Positions 40,822 through 51,954 are shown, counted from the stretch's first letter. The stretch: DNA of 64,000 nucleotides from an uncultured bacterium (GCA_937864235.1 CALMJI010000006.1:113-64112), one strand, 5' to 3'. Numbers and translations are program-made. Notes: a model not told the origin generated them from the letters alone.

Positions 40822-41382
40822 TTATTTAGACCACTTAGATTTACTAGCATTCCAAGCTCCAATACCTCCACGAGAGATTTTGAAAGCCATCGCCTCAACA
40901 TTAGTTTTGGCATCAAACGGAGTTACCCACTCTCTACCCATTTGTCTCAATGTTCCAGCCCAAGTACCTCGAATAAATTGTCCACAACCAGAAGCGGTAG
41001 AGTTTTTATTCTTAGCTAGAGCATTACCTCCAGACTCGGCCTTGATAATTCTAGTCATCAAATCAGCATCAACACCGTATTTAGCAGCCATCTCAGGCAC
41101 ATAATCAAAACATGAACCTTGTGCTGGGATATTGCTTAACTCGGCTTCTACTGAAGCATAAAAGGACTGTTTGGTCTGTGGTGTCACTTGTTTTGCCTGA
41201 ACTTGCTTAGGTTTTGCTAACTCAGGTTTAGGGGTAATGATAGTTTCAACTGGATTAACTCCATTGATAACTGAAGTGGTAGCCTCAACATCAAATGAAC
41301 TAGCAACCACCGGCTCGACATTGGCAGGAATAACTCCTGTAATACCAATAATCATAGCCATCATAATATATAATATATCCAT
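40822..41382 (-). CDS. Lytic transglycosylase (SLT-like) secreted protein
   Basis: IIKAESGG, ASGCGQF, TW motif; ATG at 41382 (ORF track starts at 41394). Confidence 0.88.
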   Translation of the reverse strand: MDILYIMMAMIIGITGVIPANVEPVVASSFDVEATTSVINGVNPVETIITPKPELAKPKQVQAKQVTPQTKQSFYASVEAELSNIPAQGSCFDYVPEMAAKYGVDADLMTRIIKAESGGNALAKNKNSTASGCGQFIRGTWAGTLRQMGREWVTPFDAKTNVEAMAFKISRGGIGAWNASKSKWSK

Positions 41383-41526
41383 TAAATAGGACAAATAATA
41401 ACTTCTCTCAAACTTCAGTCAGAAACAGCGTAGACTAAGATAAAAATAGTCTTATATTCAAGAGACGGACAAAAGTATATCATAAAATTGACAAAATGTC
41501 AATATATAGTACAATATATCTCATAA

Positions 41527-41608
41527 GCCGAGGTGGTGGAATTGGTAGACACGCATGCCTTAGGAGCATGTATCTTATGATGTGGAGGTTCGAGTCCTCT
41601 CCTCGGCA
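41527..41608 (+). tRNA. tRNA-Leu(TAG)
   Basis: Loop CTTAGGA, variable arm, GGTTCGAGTCC. Confidence 0.95.
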
Positions 41609-41732
41609 CTAAGGAGAAAGAAGGAAGTTTTATAACTTCTTTTTTGTTTTTTAGGAAAGAAAAAACCCCAGTCGAGCTGGGGTTTGCTAAGAATATACTT
41701 GTTTGTGGAGTTTATTTAATATTTTACATCTA

Positions 41733-42896
41733 CTATCTCTTGGCGAACAGATAGCCAAAGTCTAAGACATCACCCAAATTTAACCTTTCTTCTTCTAGTT
41801 CCAGAAGTCTTCGCTCAACACATAGTGCTATTATTCTGGATATATCTGATTTATAGTCATATTCTGTATCTGGAAGACCAAGATCACATCCAGCCTTGAT
41901 AAGTATCCTGTTATAGCTTCTGTGATTCTGACCTTTTCCACTATTAGCAAAGATTATTGCATTTGGATATATTTTACTCAAAGTGGGAATTAAAACTTGA
42001 GTATTACAATAATCTCCATCTACAAACATACTTCCATCTAACAAAACTATTCCCACTGATTCTCTGAATTTTATATCTTTATTTGTAACTTCAACTTTGT
42101 CACCCCTGGAATTATATCCAGATCCTAGGAATATTCGTCCTTTATTTATAGCTTGTACTTTATCATTCCCATTAATACTTTGTAAGGAACTAACATATCT
42201 ATAATTTAGTTGCCAGACTTGTAAATATTTTGCCATACCTGCTTTTACTGCAGACTTTTCCACTTTCTCAACCTCATCATAATCATCAACCACAACTACT
42301 GTTCCTCTGTAAAATTTTCTAATCATTTGACTTTTTGGAGGCATTTCAAATGGATAATCATAAGTATTACTAAGTTTACTGGTATGAATTCTTATTTCTT
42401 CTAAATCTCGCTTCCAATAGATTATAATTTCCTCTCCTTCCATAGTAATTTTATCAATTTTAGAACCTCTCATCTTGGCATTTCTATCATATAAATTTAT
42501 TCTACCTAGATATTTAAACCCTGCACGAGTAGCAATAATTATATTTTCCCATGCTTGAGATTCAGCTCCATAATTTCCAGTTCTGCTTTGATAACTATAA
42601 TTATCAGTTGACTCAATGAAAGCACATAAACAAATCCCTGTATTCTCATATACAAGAGAATATGAGGGTATAAAGTCAGGATTACAGTTTTCATCTCTTT
42701 TTTTGAGAGTCTTAATTAAAGCCGTCTCTAGCTCCAACAGTAAAATCTCTGGGGATTTTTGTTTTGGAGTGGTTGTAGTGGTTGGAGTGGTTGGGAAAAA
42801 CTTTCTGAGGGCTCTTTTGAATAGAATCAAGGACTTCAAGAAGAGAAAAATAGCTAAGAGAAGTATGAGTTCGAACAGACTGAAGAGTAGATTCAC
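41733..42896 (-). CDS. Hypothetical membrane-anchored protein, possible receiver-like C-terminal domain
   Basis: N-terminal TM, PT-rich linker; VVVVDD..IVLLDG..IIFANS; own terminator at 41659-41685. Confidence 0.7.
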   Translation of the reverse strand: MNLLFSLFELILLLAIFLFLKSLILFKRALRKFFPTTPTTTTTPKQKSPEILLLELETALIKTLKKRDENCNPDFIPSYSLVYENTGICLCAFIESTDNYSYQSRTGNYGAESQAWENIIIATRAGFKYLGRINLYDRNAKMRGSKIDKITMEGEEIIIYWKRDLEEIRIHTSKLSNTYDYPFEMPPKSQMIRKFYRGTVVVVDDYDEVEKVEKSAVKAGMAKYLQVWQLNYRYVSSLQSINGNDKVQAINKGRIFLGSGYNSRGDKVEVTNKDIKFRESVGIVLLDGSMFVDGDYCNTQVLIPTLSKIYPNAIIFANSGKGQNHRSYNRILIKAGCDLGLPDTEYDYKSDISRIIALCVERRLLELEEERLNLGDVLDFGYLFAKR

Positions 42897-42994
42897 TTTT
42901 AAATGAGCGAGTGGACAGTAGCTTTATAGCATATATATATATTAGTCAAATTATTGTATAAAATTATGAAGGGATAAATATAGGAGGATATAAA

Positions 42995-43095
42995 ACACAC
43001 TCCACCCCGTCAGTCAAGCCTACCACCCCCTCTCAAACTAAAGTATGAGAGGGACTTAAAGCCCTCAATTTATCTCCCGTAGGGAGAGAGGTGAA
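42995..43095. repeat. REP-like palindrome cluster
   Basis: ACACTCCACCCCGTCAG (reverse of ~4036-4052) and GAGGGACTTAAAGCCCTC. Confidence 0.78.
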
Positions 43096-43172
43096 TTTTA
43101 AACCACTACCGCTCCTTGCTTTTTTAGATAAAATTCTTTATAATAAGTTTAATATCTTATACAATAATTAAT

Positions 43173-43901
43173 ATGGCTACAAAAAAACTAATTCAGGTAG
43201 ATAGTGTTTCCAAATATTTCAACTTACAGAGTAAGAATAATAGTCGCTCTGGTGGGCAGATGGATGGGTTTCAATCTTTTAAAACTACTACTAATCCTGT
43301 GCTAAAAGATATTACTTTGGATATTGAACAAGGGGAATGGATTGGAGTTGTTGGTAAAAATGGTAGTGGTAAAAGTACTTTTTTGAAGCTTTTAGCGGGA
43401 ATTCATGCCCCAGATCAAGGAGAAGTTAGGGTTGAAGGATCTGTATTACCTTTTTTTGGACCTGATGAAATGCTACATCCGGAGGGAAGAGCTGAGGATG
43501 CAGTTTTAGTTAAAGCTTTGCAAGTTGGTTTGCCTCGCGAAGATATTAATAAAATTTATAATAATATTATCAATTTCTCAGAATTACATGATTTTACCTC
43601 TCAGAAAATAAAATTCCTCTCTACAGGGATGAAAACTAGACTTATCTTGGGGTTAATTCTCAATATCAATGCTGATATTTACCTTTTTGATGAAATCCCT
43701 GCTACTACTGATGCTAATTTCCAAGCCAAAGTCAATAATCGCCTCCAGAGATTAAAACAAATGGGCAAAACTGCTATTATTGTCAGCCATAATATGGATG
43801 AAATTCAGCAACATTGTAATAAATGTATTCTGCTACACAAAGGTGAATTGGTAGCTTATGATAATACTGATACTATTTTGAGATTGTATAATCAAATGTA
43901 A
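43173..43901 (+). CDS. Polysaccharide export ABC ATPase (Wzt/TagH-like)
   Basis: GKNGSGKST, FSEL, LSTGMKTRL, LFDE, VSH. Confidence 0.88.
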   Translation: MATKKLIQVDSVSKYFNLQSKNNSRSGGQMDGFQSFKTTTNPVLKDITLDIEQGEWIGVVGKNGSGKSTFLKLLAGIHAPDQGEVRVEGSVLPFFGPDEMLHPEGRAEDAVLVKALQVGLPREDINKIYNNIINFSELHDFTSQKIKFLSTGMKTRLILGLILNINADIYLFDEIPATTDANFQAKVNNRLQRLKQMGKTAIIVSHNMDEIQQHCNKCILLHKGELVAYDNTDTILRLYNQM

Positions 43902-43919
43902 TTGAGAGTTGTTTTAGCT

Positions 43920-44372
43920 CTAATCTTGTAATAATTTGTCAATTTCGTGACGAAATCCTTTGATGGTACGAAAGTCCCGATAAATAGAAGCAAACCTAAT
44001 ATAGGCTACTTCATCAAACATTTTCAAATGCTTCAAAACCGTGTCTCCAATTTGTTTGGTGGAGATTTCTTTAGGGTCTTTTTTGAATAAATCTACTTCA
44101 ATTTTGAGTATAAAGTCTCGGATTTTATCTTGGGTAAATGGTCTTTTGTGTAGGGAGATTGAGACTGCTTTCAAAAGTTTTTCGGTACTATATCTCTCTT
44201 TAATTCCTGATTTTTTGACCACCATTACATCTAAAACTTCTCTGGTTTCAGCTGTAGTAAAGCGATAATGGCATTTTTCACAAATTCTCCTTCGTCTCAC
44301 AAGCATATAATCCCGAGACAATCTAGAATCGGTAATACGGGTGTCTATATGTGAGCATTGTGGGCATTTCAT
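43920..44372 (-). CDS. nrdR: Transcriptional repressor NrdR
   Basis: MKCPQC, DSR, RRRRICEKC..RFTT, ATP cone, VAYIRFASIYR. Confidence 0.97.
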   Translation of the reverse strand: MKCPQCSHIDTRITDSRLSRDYMLVRRRRICEKCHYRFTTAETREVLDVMVVKKSGIKERYSTEKLLKAVSISLHKRPFTQDKIRDFILKIEVDLFKKDPKEISTKQIGDTVLKHLKMFDEVAYIRFASIYRDFRTIKGFRHEIDKLLQD

Positions 44373-44890
44373 TTGGATTTGGAGCTAGATTTTTTGGCTG
44401 GAGATTTTAATAATGGAATAAATAGTAGCGGGGATATTGTCCAAAAAACTTGAAAAGATTCATTACTAAATAGTGACTGCTCAATTATGTTTAAAATTGA
44501 TTTGTCTTGAGTTTTGATTACGCTTAAGATATTGACAAGTAGTAGACCGACTACTGAGACCCCAAATAGCATATTTCGCCATAGTGGTTTTTTAGCAATT
44601 GTAAGACTAGTAGCCAAAGCTGAAGATTGTATCCCCCAATTGATGATTAAAGTAATCACTAAGAATAATACTGCATCTCCTGGAAGATTTCCAATTTTAG
44701 TAATTTCCCAAGGATATACTGTTGAGACCACTTGAGCTATATATAAGGCAATTGCAAATATAAAAATATCCTTAACTCCTTTTTTATAGATATAAAAAGA
44801 TAATCCTAAAATCAATATTATACTGATCAATAGGTCTCCAGAGATGGAGGTTGGAGTGACTTTACCAAATAGAGGTTCTAATGCATCCAT
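44369..44890 (-). CDS. Hypothetical membrane protein
   Basis: About 5 TM segments. Confidence 0.75.
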   Translation of the reverse strand: MDALEPLFGKVTPTSISGDLLISIILILGLSFYIYKKGVKDIFIFAIALYIAQVVSTVYPWEITKIGNLPGDAVLFLVITLIINWGIQSSALATSLTIAKKPLWRNMLFGVSVVGLLLVNILSVIKTQDKSILNIIEQSLFSNESFQVFWTISPLLFIPLLKSPAKKSSSKSK

Positions 44891-44921
44891 ATTTTTATAT
44901 TTAAGTTATATTTTTATTATA

Positions 44922-46025
44922 TCACATTCCTTCAGATTGCAAATCTTTTAATAATTGTTGGGCTCGGCGAGAAATATGTCTTGGGGTTGTAATTCTGATT
45001 GTCACATACATATCTCCATATCCTCGACTTTGTAAATGTGGCATTCCCTTTTCTCGAAGCCTGAAAACTTCTCCCGATTGGGTGTGTCTTGGAATTTTTA
45101 AATTCAATTCTCCAGCTAAAGTCTCTACATCTACATCTCCACCTAATACAGCTGTGGTATAAACTATATCTTGGGTAAGATATATATCATCACCTCGTCT
45201 CTCGAACTTTTTATTAGGTTTGACAGAGATATGAATGTAAATATTTCCCTTAGCACCACCATAAGGAGCTGCCTCGCCCTCGCCTCGCATCTCTAAGGTC
45301 TGACCATTGGCAATACCTTTTGGAATCTCGATTTTGATAGATTTCTTTTGTCTCTTGACACCGGTACCTTGACAGCTTTTACAATTAGATTCTGGAATTG
45401 TACCCTTACCCTGACAAGTACTACAAGTGACTCGTTGATTAAAAGTTCCTAGCATAGTCCGTACCTGTTGCTCTACATAACCGTTCCCTCTACAAGTCGG
45501 GCATTGTTTAGTCTTTTTACCTTCAGCTCCAGTCCCATCACAAGCCTCACAAGTGGTATTAAGATCCAAATCTATAGACTTAGAAATTCCAGTATAGGCC
45601 TCTTCTAGGCTAATATCTACGGCAAGTTCAATGTCTCTTCCCCGAGTCTGTCTCCTAGAACCACCTCTGCTACCTCCAGCTCCGAATACATCTGAGAAAA
45701 CATCCTCAAATCCACCTCCACCAAAAGAAAACCCAGTCTGCCCAAAAATATCATCAAAAGAAAATCCTTGAGCTCCACCGAAGCCAGAGAATCCACCCGC
45801 TCCTCCTGTTGCTTGCTGATAATTAGAGCCAAATTGATTATATTGTTGGCGCTTTTGTGGGTCACTAAGAGTCTGATAAGCCTCATTAACCTCTTTGAAC
45901 TTAGCCTCATCGCCACCTTTTTTATCTGGGTGATAAGTATGAGCTAATTTACGATAAGCTTTCTTTATCTCTGCTTCACTGGCATCTTTGGATACCCCTA
46001 GTATTTCATAATAATCTCTTGCCAT
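44922..46025 (-). CDS. dnaJ: Chaperone DnaJ
   Basis: HPD motif, G/F region, four CxxCxGxG repeats. Confidence 0.98.
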   Translation of the reverse strand: MARDYYEILGVSKDASEAEIKKAYRKLAHTYHPDKKGGDEAKFKEVNEAYQTLSDPQKRQQYNQFGSNYQQATGGAGGFSGFGGAQGFSFDDIFGQTGFSFGGGGFEDVFSDVFGAGGSRGGSRRQTRGRDIELAVDISLEEAYTGISKSIDLDLNTTCEACDGTGAEGKKTKQCPTCRGNGYVEQQVRTMLGTFNQRVTCSTCQGKGTIPESNCKSCQGTGVKRQKKSIKIEIPKGIANGQTLEMRGEGEAAPYGGAKGNIYIHISVKPNKKFERRGDDIYLTQDIVYTTAVLGGDVDVETLAGELNLKIPRHTQSGEVFRLREKGMPHLQSRGYGDMYVTIRITTPRHISRRAQQLLKDLQSEGM

Positions 46026-46068
46026 TGCACTTAATATTTAATCATTTTATACAAAATATTATACAATA

Positions 46069-46095
46069 TTAGCACTAATCTGTACAGAGTGCTAT
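46069..46095. promoter_or_regulatory. CIRCE element (HrcA operator) upstream of dnaJ
   Basis: TTAGCACTA-N9-GAGTGCTAT versus consensus TTAGCACTC-N9-GAGTGCTAA. Confidence 0.88.
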
Positions 46096-46105
46096 TTTCT
46101 ATAAC

Positions 46106-47044
46106 CTACCAACTCAAATTTTCTTTGTCTGCTGACTTAATACTTAATTTTACTAAATTAGATTTGAAGCTATAATATTTGATAAGATTAGTGATAATTC
46201 TAATTCCAAATTGAAAAATTCCTATAAATGGCAAAAAGCTCAAAAATACTATTAGAGAGACTACTATACCCCAAAGTGGGCCACTCATCCAAGGGGTTAA
46301 AAATTTATTAATATAAGTGATAAAAGCTTGAATTATTGGAGTATCTCTATTGATAGAGATTTGAAATCTGTCTGATAAATTGTTGATTTGCTGTTGTATT
46401 GCTACATCTTTATTAACCAATCTTGAATCTATATTTTGGGATTGAAGTTGAGATTCTAATTGGTCTGAGACATAGTTTCCAACTGAAATATTAGGATCAA
46501 AGTCTGGAGCTATTTGATTTATTACTGGAAGCCATGATTCTAACTGATTATTGAGAAAAGCTTCATCTAGAAAAATACCATTTGGGTTGGTTCTAAGAGT
46601 GTTTCCATAAATAAAAACCGAAGCTAATAACATTAACCAGACTATAATTCCTTTAGTATGAGGTAGTATTACAGTTTTGACTCGGAATTTGATATGATCT
46701 GCCATACTTTCATTGATATCTTTAATGGCTTTGAATAAAGTTTGTATGCCTAGGATAAGAGTAAATACTATAATCAGAGCGGTGATGGTATCAAAAAAAG
46801 CCACTCCTATCAAAGCTAAAGGTAAAATTTGAATTAGTATAAATTTAGTAATTTGTGGTGGCATTTTATCTATACAAGTATACCAGCTGAGTGTCGCAAT
46901 ATAAAGCATGCCTAAAAAACCAGAAATAATCCCTCCTATCCAAATTGATATATGCCCCAAAACAGACAAGGCTATAGTTGATACAGTTACCCAAAGTAAA
47001 ACTATAGTGATACTCTCTACTATAATTATTTTTTTATTCTGCAT
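46106..47044 (-). CDS. Hypothetical multi-TM protein
   Basis: About 6 TM segments with an extracytoplasmic loop. Confidence 0.78.
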   Translation of the reverse strand: MQNKKIIIVESITIVLLWVTVSTIALSVLGHISIWIGGIISGFLGMLYIATLSWYTCIDKMPPQITKFILIQILPLALIGVAFFDTITALIIVFTLILGIQTLFKAIKDINESMADHIKFRVKTVILPHTKGIIVWLMLLASVFIYGNTLRTNPNGIFLDEAFLNNQLESWLPVINQIAPDFDPNISVGNYVSDQLESQLQSQNIDSRLVNKDVAIQQQINNLSDRFQISINRDTPIIQAFITYINKFLTPWMSGPLWGIVVSLIVFLSFLPFIGIFQFGIRIITNLIKYYSFKSNLVKLSIKSADKENLSW

Positions 47045-47053
47045 ATATTTTAT

Positions 47054-48829
47054 TTATCGTGAAAATTGTTTTTCAAACCAGTCTCTATCTAATTGTACCA
47101 TAGTTGGCCGCCCATGACAGCAGGCAAATCCAAAATCCGTCTTGGCTGCAGCTTGAATTAATGCTTCTATTTCTGATTGTGTCATACTGTATCCGGCTTT
47201 TATAGCTGATTTACAAGCTATAGTCTTCAATAACTCTACTCTCAACTCAGATAATTCCATAGTCTGTCCTCGGTCTTGAATTTGGGCGATTAGAGTTTTT
47301 ATATGTTCTTCAGACTTTTGAGTTTTGGAAAGGAAAGCTGGTACAGCTCTAATTATAATCTCACTAGCCCCAAAATCATCTACTTCAAATCCCGGAAGTT
47401 GGGCTAAAACTTCTATAGTTATATCTTTCTCGGATTGTGGTACACTGATGGCAATTGGGAATAATAGGGCTTGCGACTTGACCGGCTCGTCTTGATTCAT
47501 CAATTGCTCTAAAATTACCTTCTCATGCACCGCATGTTGGTCTAAAATCATTATCCCATTTTGATTAGGATAGACTATATATGTGTCAAAAATATGTAAA
47601 TAATCCGGTTTAATGGTTTCAGCCTCTAATAATTCTCGAAAATTTGGTTGTATATTATGAAAATTATATTGCGCCTTAGGGATTTGTCTGTGAGAATATT
47701 GAGCAAAATTACTCTCAGCCACTTGAGGCTTCTGATAGCTCTTGACAGAGTCATTATAGAACTTAAAATTATAGTTTTGAGTCTGATTAGATTTTGGGCT
47801 TGAATTGTCTAGATTTGGATTAGATTGCGTGGATTGTGGTTTTAGAATAATATCAAAGGCTGACTTCTGCAAAGTATCTCTGATTAGATATTTGACCGTC
47901 TGGAATACGGCTCTATCATCAGTGAATTTGACTTCGGTTTTCCTTGGATGCACATTAACATCTAATTCTTGAGGCGGGATAAATATAGACACAAAGGCAA
48001 AAGGATAATACCCAACTTCTAACATAGTGTCAAAACCTTGTTGTATTGCTTTGTTAATAAGTGGTTGTATGACAGGGCGATTATTGATAAAAATATGATA
48101 TTGAGCTGATTTTTTGGAAATTCTAGGATGCCCGATATATCCGATGGCTTTGAAATTATGTTTTTGGGAATCTACTAATAATAAATATTCTGAATCTTGA
48201 ACCTTGAGTATATTTATTGTTCTCGTTAATAAATCACTGGCTTTGACATTGATTAGCTCCCGATTTTGAGATTTATAGATAAAAGCTACTTCTGGATGAA
48301 CTAAAGCTATTTCTTCTATAATTTTGGTAATATGAGATAATTCAGTGGCATTGGTCTTGAGGAATTTTTTCCGGGCAGGGACATTGTAGAATAAATTTCT
48401 GATTGTAAGAGTAGTGCCGGTATTAGCTTTGGCTACTACTTTGATCTCAGATGTGTGCGGATTATAAAAATATCCAGTTTTATCTGAGTTAGTTTTGGTT
48501 ACTAATTCCACTTGTGACACCGCTTGAATACTAGACAAAGCCTCCCCTCTAAATCCCATAGTAGATAGGGCTTGTAAATCCTCAATTTTCTCAATTTTGC
48601 TGGTAGCATGTCTTTTGAATAAATTCTCAAAATCATCTTTAGCAATACCAGAGCCATTATCTTTTATAATAATTTCAGTCAAACCAGCATCAAGAACCTC
48701 AATTTGTATCTCGGTAGCACCAGCATCTAGAGAATTCTCAACTAACTCCTTGACAATTGAAGCTGGTCGCTCGACAACTTCTCCGGCGGCAATTTGATTG
48801 ATTATATTTTTTGGTAATAAATTTATCAT
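47054..48829 (-). CDS. mutL: DNA mismatch repair protein MutL
   Basis: IAAGEVVERP, GFRGEAL, DQHAVHE, ACK, CCHGRP. Confidence 0.98.
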   Translation of the reverse strand: MINLLPKNIINQIAAGEVVERPASIVKELVENSLDAGATEIQIEVLDAGLTEIIIKDNGSGIAKDDFENLFKRHATSKIEKIEDLQALSTMGFRGEALSSIQAVSQVELVTKTNSDKTGYFYNPHTSEIKVVAKANTGTTLTIRNLFYNVPARKKFLKTNATELSHITKIIEEIALVHPEVAFIYKSQNRELINVKASDLLTRTINILKVQDSEYLLLVDSQKHNFKAIGYIGHPRISKKSAQYHIFINNRPVIQPLINKAIQQGFDTMLEVGYYPFAFVSIFIPPQELDVNVHPRKTEVKFTDDRAVFQTVKYLIRDTLQKSAFDIILKPQSTQSNPNLDNSSPKSNQTQNYNFKFYNDSVKSYQKPQVAESNFAQYSHRQIPKAQYNFHNIQPNFRELLEAETIKPDYLHIFDTYIVYPNQNGIMILDQHAVHEKVILEQLMNQDEPVKSQALLFPIAISVPQSEKDITIEVLAQLPGFEVDDFGASEIIIRAVPAFLSKTQKSEEHIKTLIAQIQDRGQTMELSELRVELLKTIACKSAIKAGYSMTQSEIEALIQAAAKTDFGFACCHGRPTMVQLDRDWFEKQFSR

Positions 48830-51381
48830 AGCGGATTGTTTTTTTGTAATTCATCTAATATAGCCATAGCCTGAAGCGGAGTTATATCATTGAGATTATG
48901 GGAGTGTAAATCTTGTAAGAGATTATTGTATTGCTCGGTCTCGGGACTAACTTCTTGTATTTGATTATTATTCTGACTTAAAATTTCTAAGAATGATAAT
49001 TGAGATTTTTTCTGCTCATATTGTATAAGAGCCCTCTTAGCTAATTCTAACACATCCGGAGGGAATCCCGCTAATTTGGCAATGGCAATACCATAGCTTT
49101 TATCCGCGCCACCTTGTTCTATACGATGCAAGAATATAATATCCTCTGTACTATCTTGGATTATCACCTGATAATTCACCACTCCTGCTAACTCAGCTTC
49201 TAGACTTAATAATTCGTGATAGTGAGTAGCAAAGAGAGTTCTAGCCCTAATCGTATTATGAATATACTCAATCAAAGCTTTAGCTATGCTCATACCATCA
49301 TAAGTAGATGTACCTCGCCCCACTTCATCCAAAATAATCAAACTGGACTTACTAGCATTATGTAGAATATTAGCAACTTCCAACATCTCCACCATAAAAG
49401 TACTATGCCCCTCACTCATATTATCCGAAGCTCCAACTCGGGTGAAAATTCTATCTACCACCCCAATCTCGGCACTATTAGCTGGGACAAAATACCCAAT
49501 TTGAGCCAATAGTACTATCAAAGCCACCTGTCTAATATAAGTAGATTTACCCCCCATATTCGGACCCGTGATTAACATCAAAGAGTGATCTGGCTCAGCT
49601 AATTTACAGTCATTAGACACATATTCGGTTATTAACTGCTCTAGCACTGGATGCCTACCAGACTCTATATATAGATTTTGGTTTTTACTGATTTTAGGAC
49701 GTGTATAATTCCAATCTAGTGCTAATTTAGCTCCGGCTTGAATACAATCAATATATGCAATGGTTTTGGAAATAGTATAAATCTGCTCTGCCTCAGCTAT
49801 AATAGCCTGTCTTAATTCCTCAAAAACAATTTGCTCTAAATTAAGTAATTCCGCTTCTGAACTTAGAATTTTCTCTTCAAAATCTTTTAGTTCTGGAGTA
49901 ATATATCGCTCTGCATTAGCTAAAGTCTGCTTTTTGATATAATTGTCTGGTAAAATTTGATTTTTATAAGCATTACTAATTTCTATATAATACCCAAAGA
50001 CTTTATTATATTTAACCTTGAGAGAATTAATTCCTGTCCGTGCCTGCTCCTGAGCCTGCAATTCCAAGAGATAATCCTTGCCACCTTGACTTAAATTTAA
50101 TAATTCGTCTATATCTTGCCTATAGCCTAAGGCTACAAATCCTCCATCCCGAGCCAAAATTGGCACATTTTCTTGCAAGGCTTTTTGCAATTCTTGCCGT
50201 AAAGATTCTAATTTTAATAAAGATTTTTGAGCCGGTTTAACATAAGAGCCTTGGTCTAATTCTAGAATTGAAGCAATATGATCGAAGCTTTTAGATAATA
50301 ATAACATATCCCGAGGACCACCCACATTGCTAGAAAGCCTAGCTAAAATCCGCTCAATATCTGCAATTTGGGGCAATAACTCTCTGATTGAAGTGATTAA
50401 GTTGGGATTGTCTAGATAATTTTGTATATGCTCTTGACGAGTATTAATGGGCTTGATATCTAGGAGTGGAGACAATATCCAAGACCTTAGCATCCTAGAA
50501 CCTAGAGGATTTTTGGTATAATTAATAGACTGATAAAAAGTCTTGCCCTTTTGACTGGCTCTTGGTAGTTGGAATAATTCCAAATTCTGAATAGTTTGGC
50601 TATCTAATCGCATATATTGAGCTAGAGAAATTGGCTTTAATGTAGTGATATGTTTCAAATCCTCCTGTTGAGTATAAGTAAGATAAGTAAGCAAAGCCCC
50701 AGCCGGACATAGCCTCATATCATCAATCTCAAAGCCAAAACCTGTCATACTACTAATACCAAAATGCTTAGTCAGCACTTCAATTGCCCGCTCCAATTGA
50801 AAATTCCATTTAGACTCAGTTACAGTTCTGATATTGAGTTGCTGAAGTTTTTCTAAAAGTGAGCTATTCTCTGGAACAATAATCTCTTTGACTTGTTTGG
50901 ATTGCAATATATCTTTGAGTTCAGCCTCCATAAACTCACCCACCTCAAAAAGCCCAGTTCCTAAATCAGCTAAAGCTAAATATACTAACCCTTTATAAGT
51001 ACTAATACTAGCTATATACCTTGATTCGGTAGCCTCTATATCCAAAAGAGCCGTCCCCGGAGTGATGACTTTGACCACTTTTCGAGTCACCAAACCCTTG
51101 GTGTCCTGAGCCGAGCCTTGTTGCTCACATAAAGCCACTGAATATCCAGCCTTGATCAGCTTCTGAATATATTGAGTTGAGGAATGATAAGGTACTCCAC
51201 ACATCGGAATTACTCCGTCCACCGTGTTCTTCCGTGCAGTCAAAACAAGATCTAGAATTGGAGCTGCCAATTTTGCATCCTCTGCAAACATTTCATAAAA
51301 ATCCCCCAGCCGAAAGAATAAAATATCATTGGGATAATCTTTTTTGATTTCATAAAACTGACTCATCATCGGCGAGGGCAT
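48826..51381 (-). CDS. mutS: DNA mismatch repair protein MutS
   Basis: FRLGDFYE, TGPNMGGKST, DEVGRGTSTYDG, ATHYHEL. Confidence 0.98.
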   Translation of the reverse strand: MPSPMMSQFYEIKKDYPNDILFFRLGDFYEMFAEDAKLAAPILDLVLTARKNTVDGVIPMCGVPYHSSTQYIQKLIKAGYSVALCEQQGSAQDTKGLVTRKVVKVITPGTALLDIEATESRYIASISTYKGLVYLALADLGTGLFEVGEFMEAELKDILQSKQVKEIIVPENSSLLEKLQQLNIRTVTESKWNFQLERAIEVLTKHFGISSMTGFGFEIDDMRLCPAGALLTYLTYTQQEDLKHITTLKPISLAQYMRLDSQTIQNLELFQLPRASQKGKTFYQSINYTKNPLGSRMLRSWILSPLLDIKPINTRQEHIQNYLDNPNLITSIRELLPQIADIERILARLSSNVGGPRDMLLLSKSFDHIASILELDQGSYVKPAQKSLLKLESLRQELQKALQENVPILARDGGFVALGYRQDIDELLNLSQGGKDYLLELQAQEQARTGINSLKVKYNKVFGYYIEISNAYKNQILPDNYIKKQTLANAERYITPELKDFEEKILSSEAELLNLEQIVFEELRQAIIAEAEQIYTISKTIAYIDCIQAGAKLALDWNYTRPKISKNQNLYIESGRHPVLEQLITEYVSNDCKLAEPDHSLMLITGPNMGGKSTYIRQVALIVLLAQIGYFVPANSAEIGVVDRIFTRVGASDNMSEGHSTFMVEMLEVANILHNASKSSLIILDEVGRGTSTYDGMSIAKALIEYIHNTIRARTLFATHYHELLSLEAELAGVVNYQVIIQDSTEDIIFLHRIEQGGADKSYGIAIAKLAGFPPDVLELAKRALIQYEQKKSQLSFLEILSQNNNQIQEVSPETEQYNNLLQDLHSHNLNDITPLQAMAILDELQKNNPL

Positions 51382-51491
51382 ATCGACACATCCTTAAAAT
51401 ACATACTATTTTGTATTTATTATATCAAATTTACGATAATTAGTCGAAAAAAAATCCCCCGCATCGCACGCGGGGGGAGGGGCTGGGTGGT

Positions 51492-51826
51492 TTATTCTTG
51501 AACTACTTCTACATTTAACACTCTTAATTCTCTATCAACTATGATAAAGCCAATTTGAAATATACTATTATTTTTCACACCCTCAAACCAATCTATACTT
51601 ATGAATCTAGGCAAAGATGAGGGCTCATTTTCAATAAGTAAAAGATCTATTTTTCTTCTTCCATGAGCATTTTGTTTAATAAATACATATTTACCGGTAA
51701 TACTTGGGGTTGCTTCTATAACTACAGACTTAATCCGCGGGTTGCTTCTATAACTACAGACTTAATCCGCAAAGGCCATGCAGCAACTAATTTCAAATCT
51801 TCAAAAGAAAAAGTTTGTTCAGCCAT
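51492..51826 (-). pseudogene. 100 aa orphan gene interrupted by a 32 bp tandem duplication
   Basis: Removing one repeat unit gives MAEQTFSFEDLKLVAAWPLRIKSVVIEATPSITGKYVF...LNVEVVQE; own promoter (51886-51914) and terminator (51447-51478). Confidence 0.65.
51707..51770. repeat. Tandem repeat, 2 x 32 bp
   Basis: GGGTTGCTTCTATAACTACAGACTTAATCCGC twice, exact. Confidence 0.95.
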
Positions 51827-51954
51827 ACCAAATACCTCAGGATAAAAATTTAGCCCTAGATCTCTCTAGAGCCTGGACAAACAAAAACATATCATATTTT
51901 ACCGCTTTCGTCTATATCTGTGTAAGTATAAACCCTCTACTAAAAACATACCCA

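Noticed and set aside
51707-51770. 32 bp repeat as a possible CRISPR array
   Set aside because: Two adjacent copies with no spacer and no cas genes; explained as a tandem duplication inside an ORF
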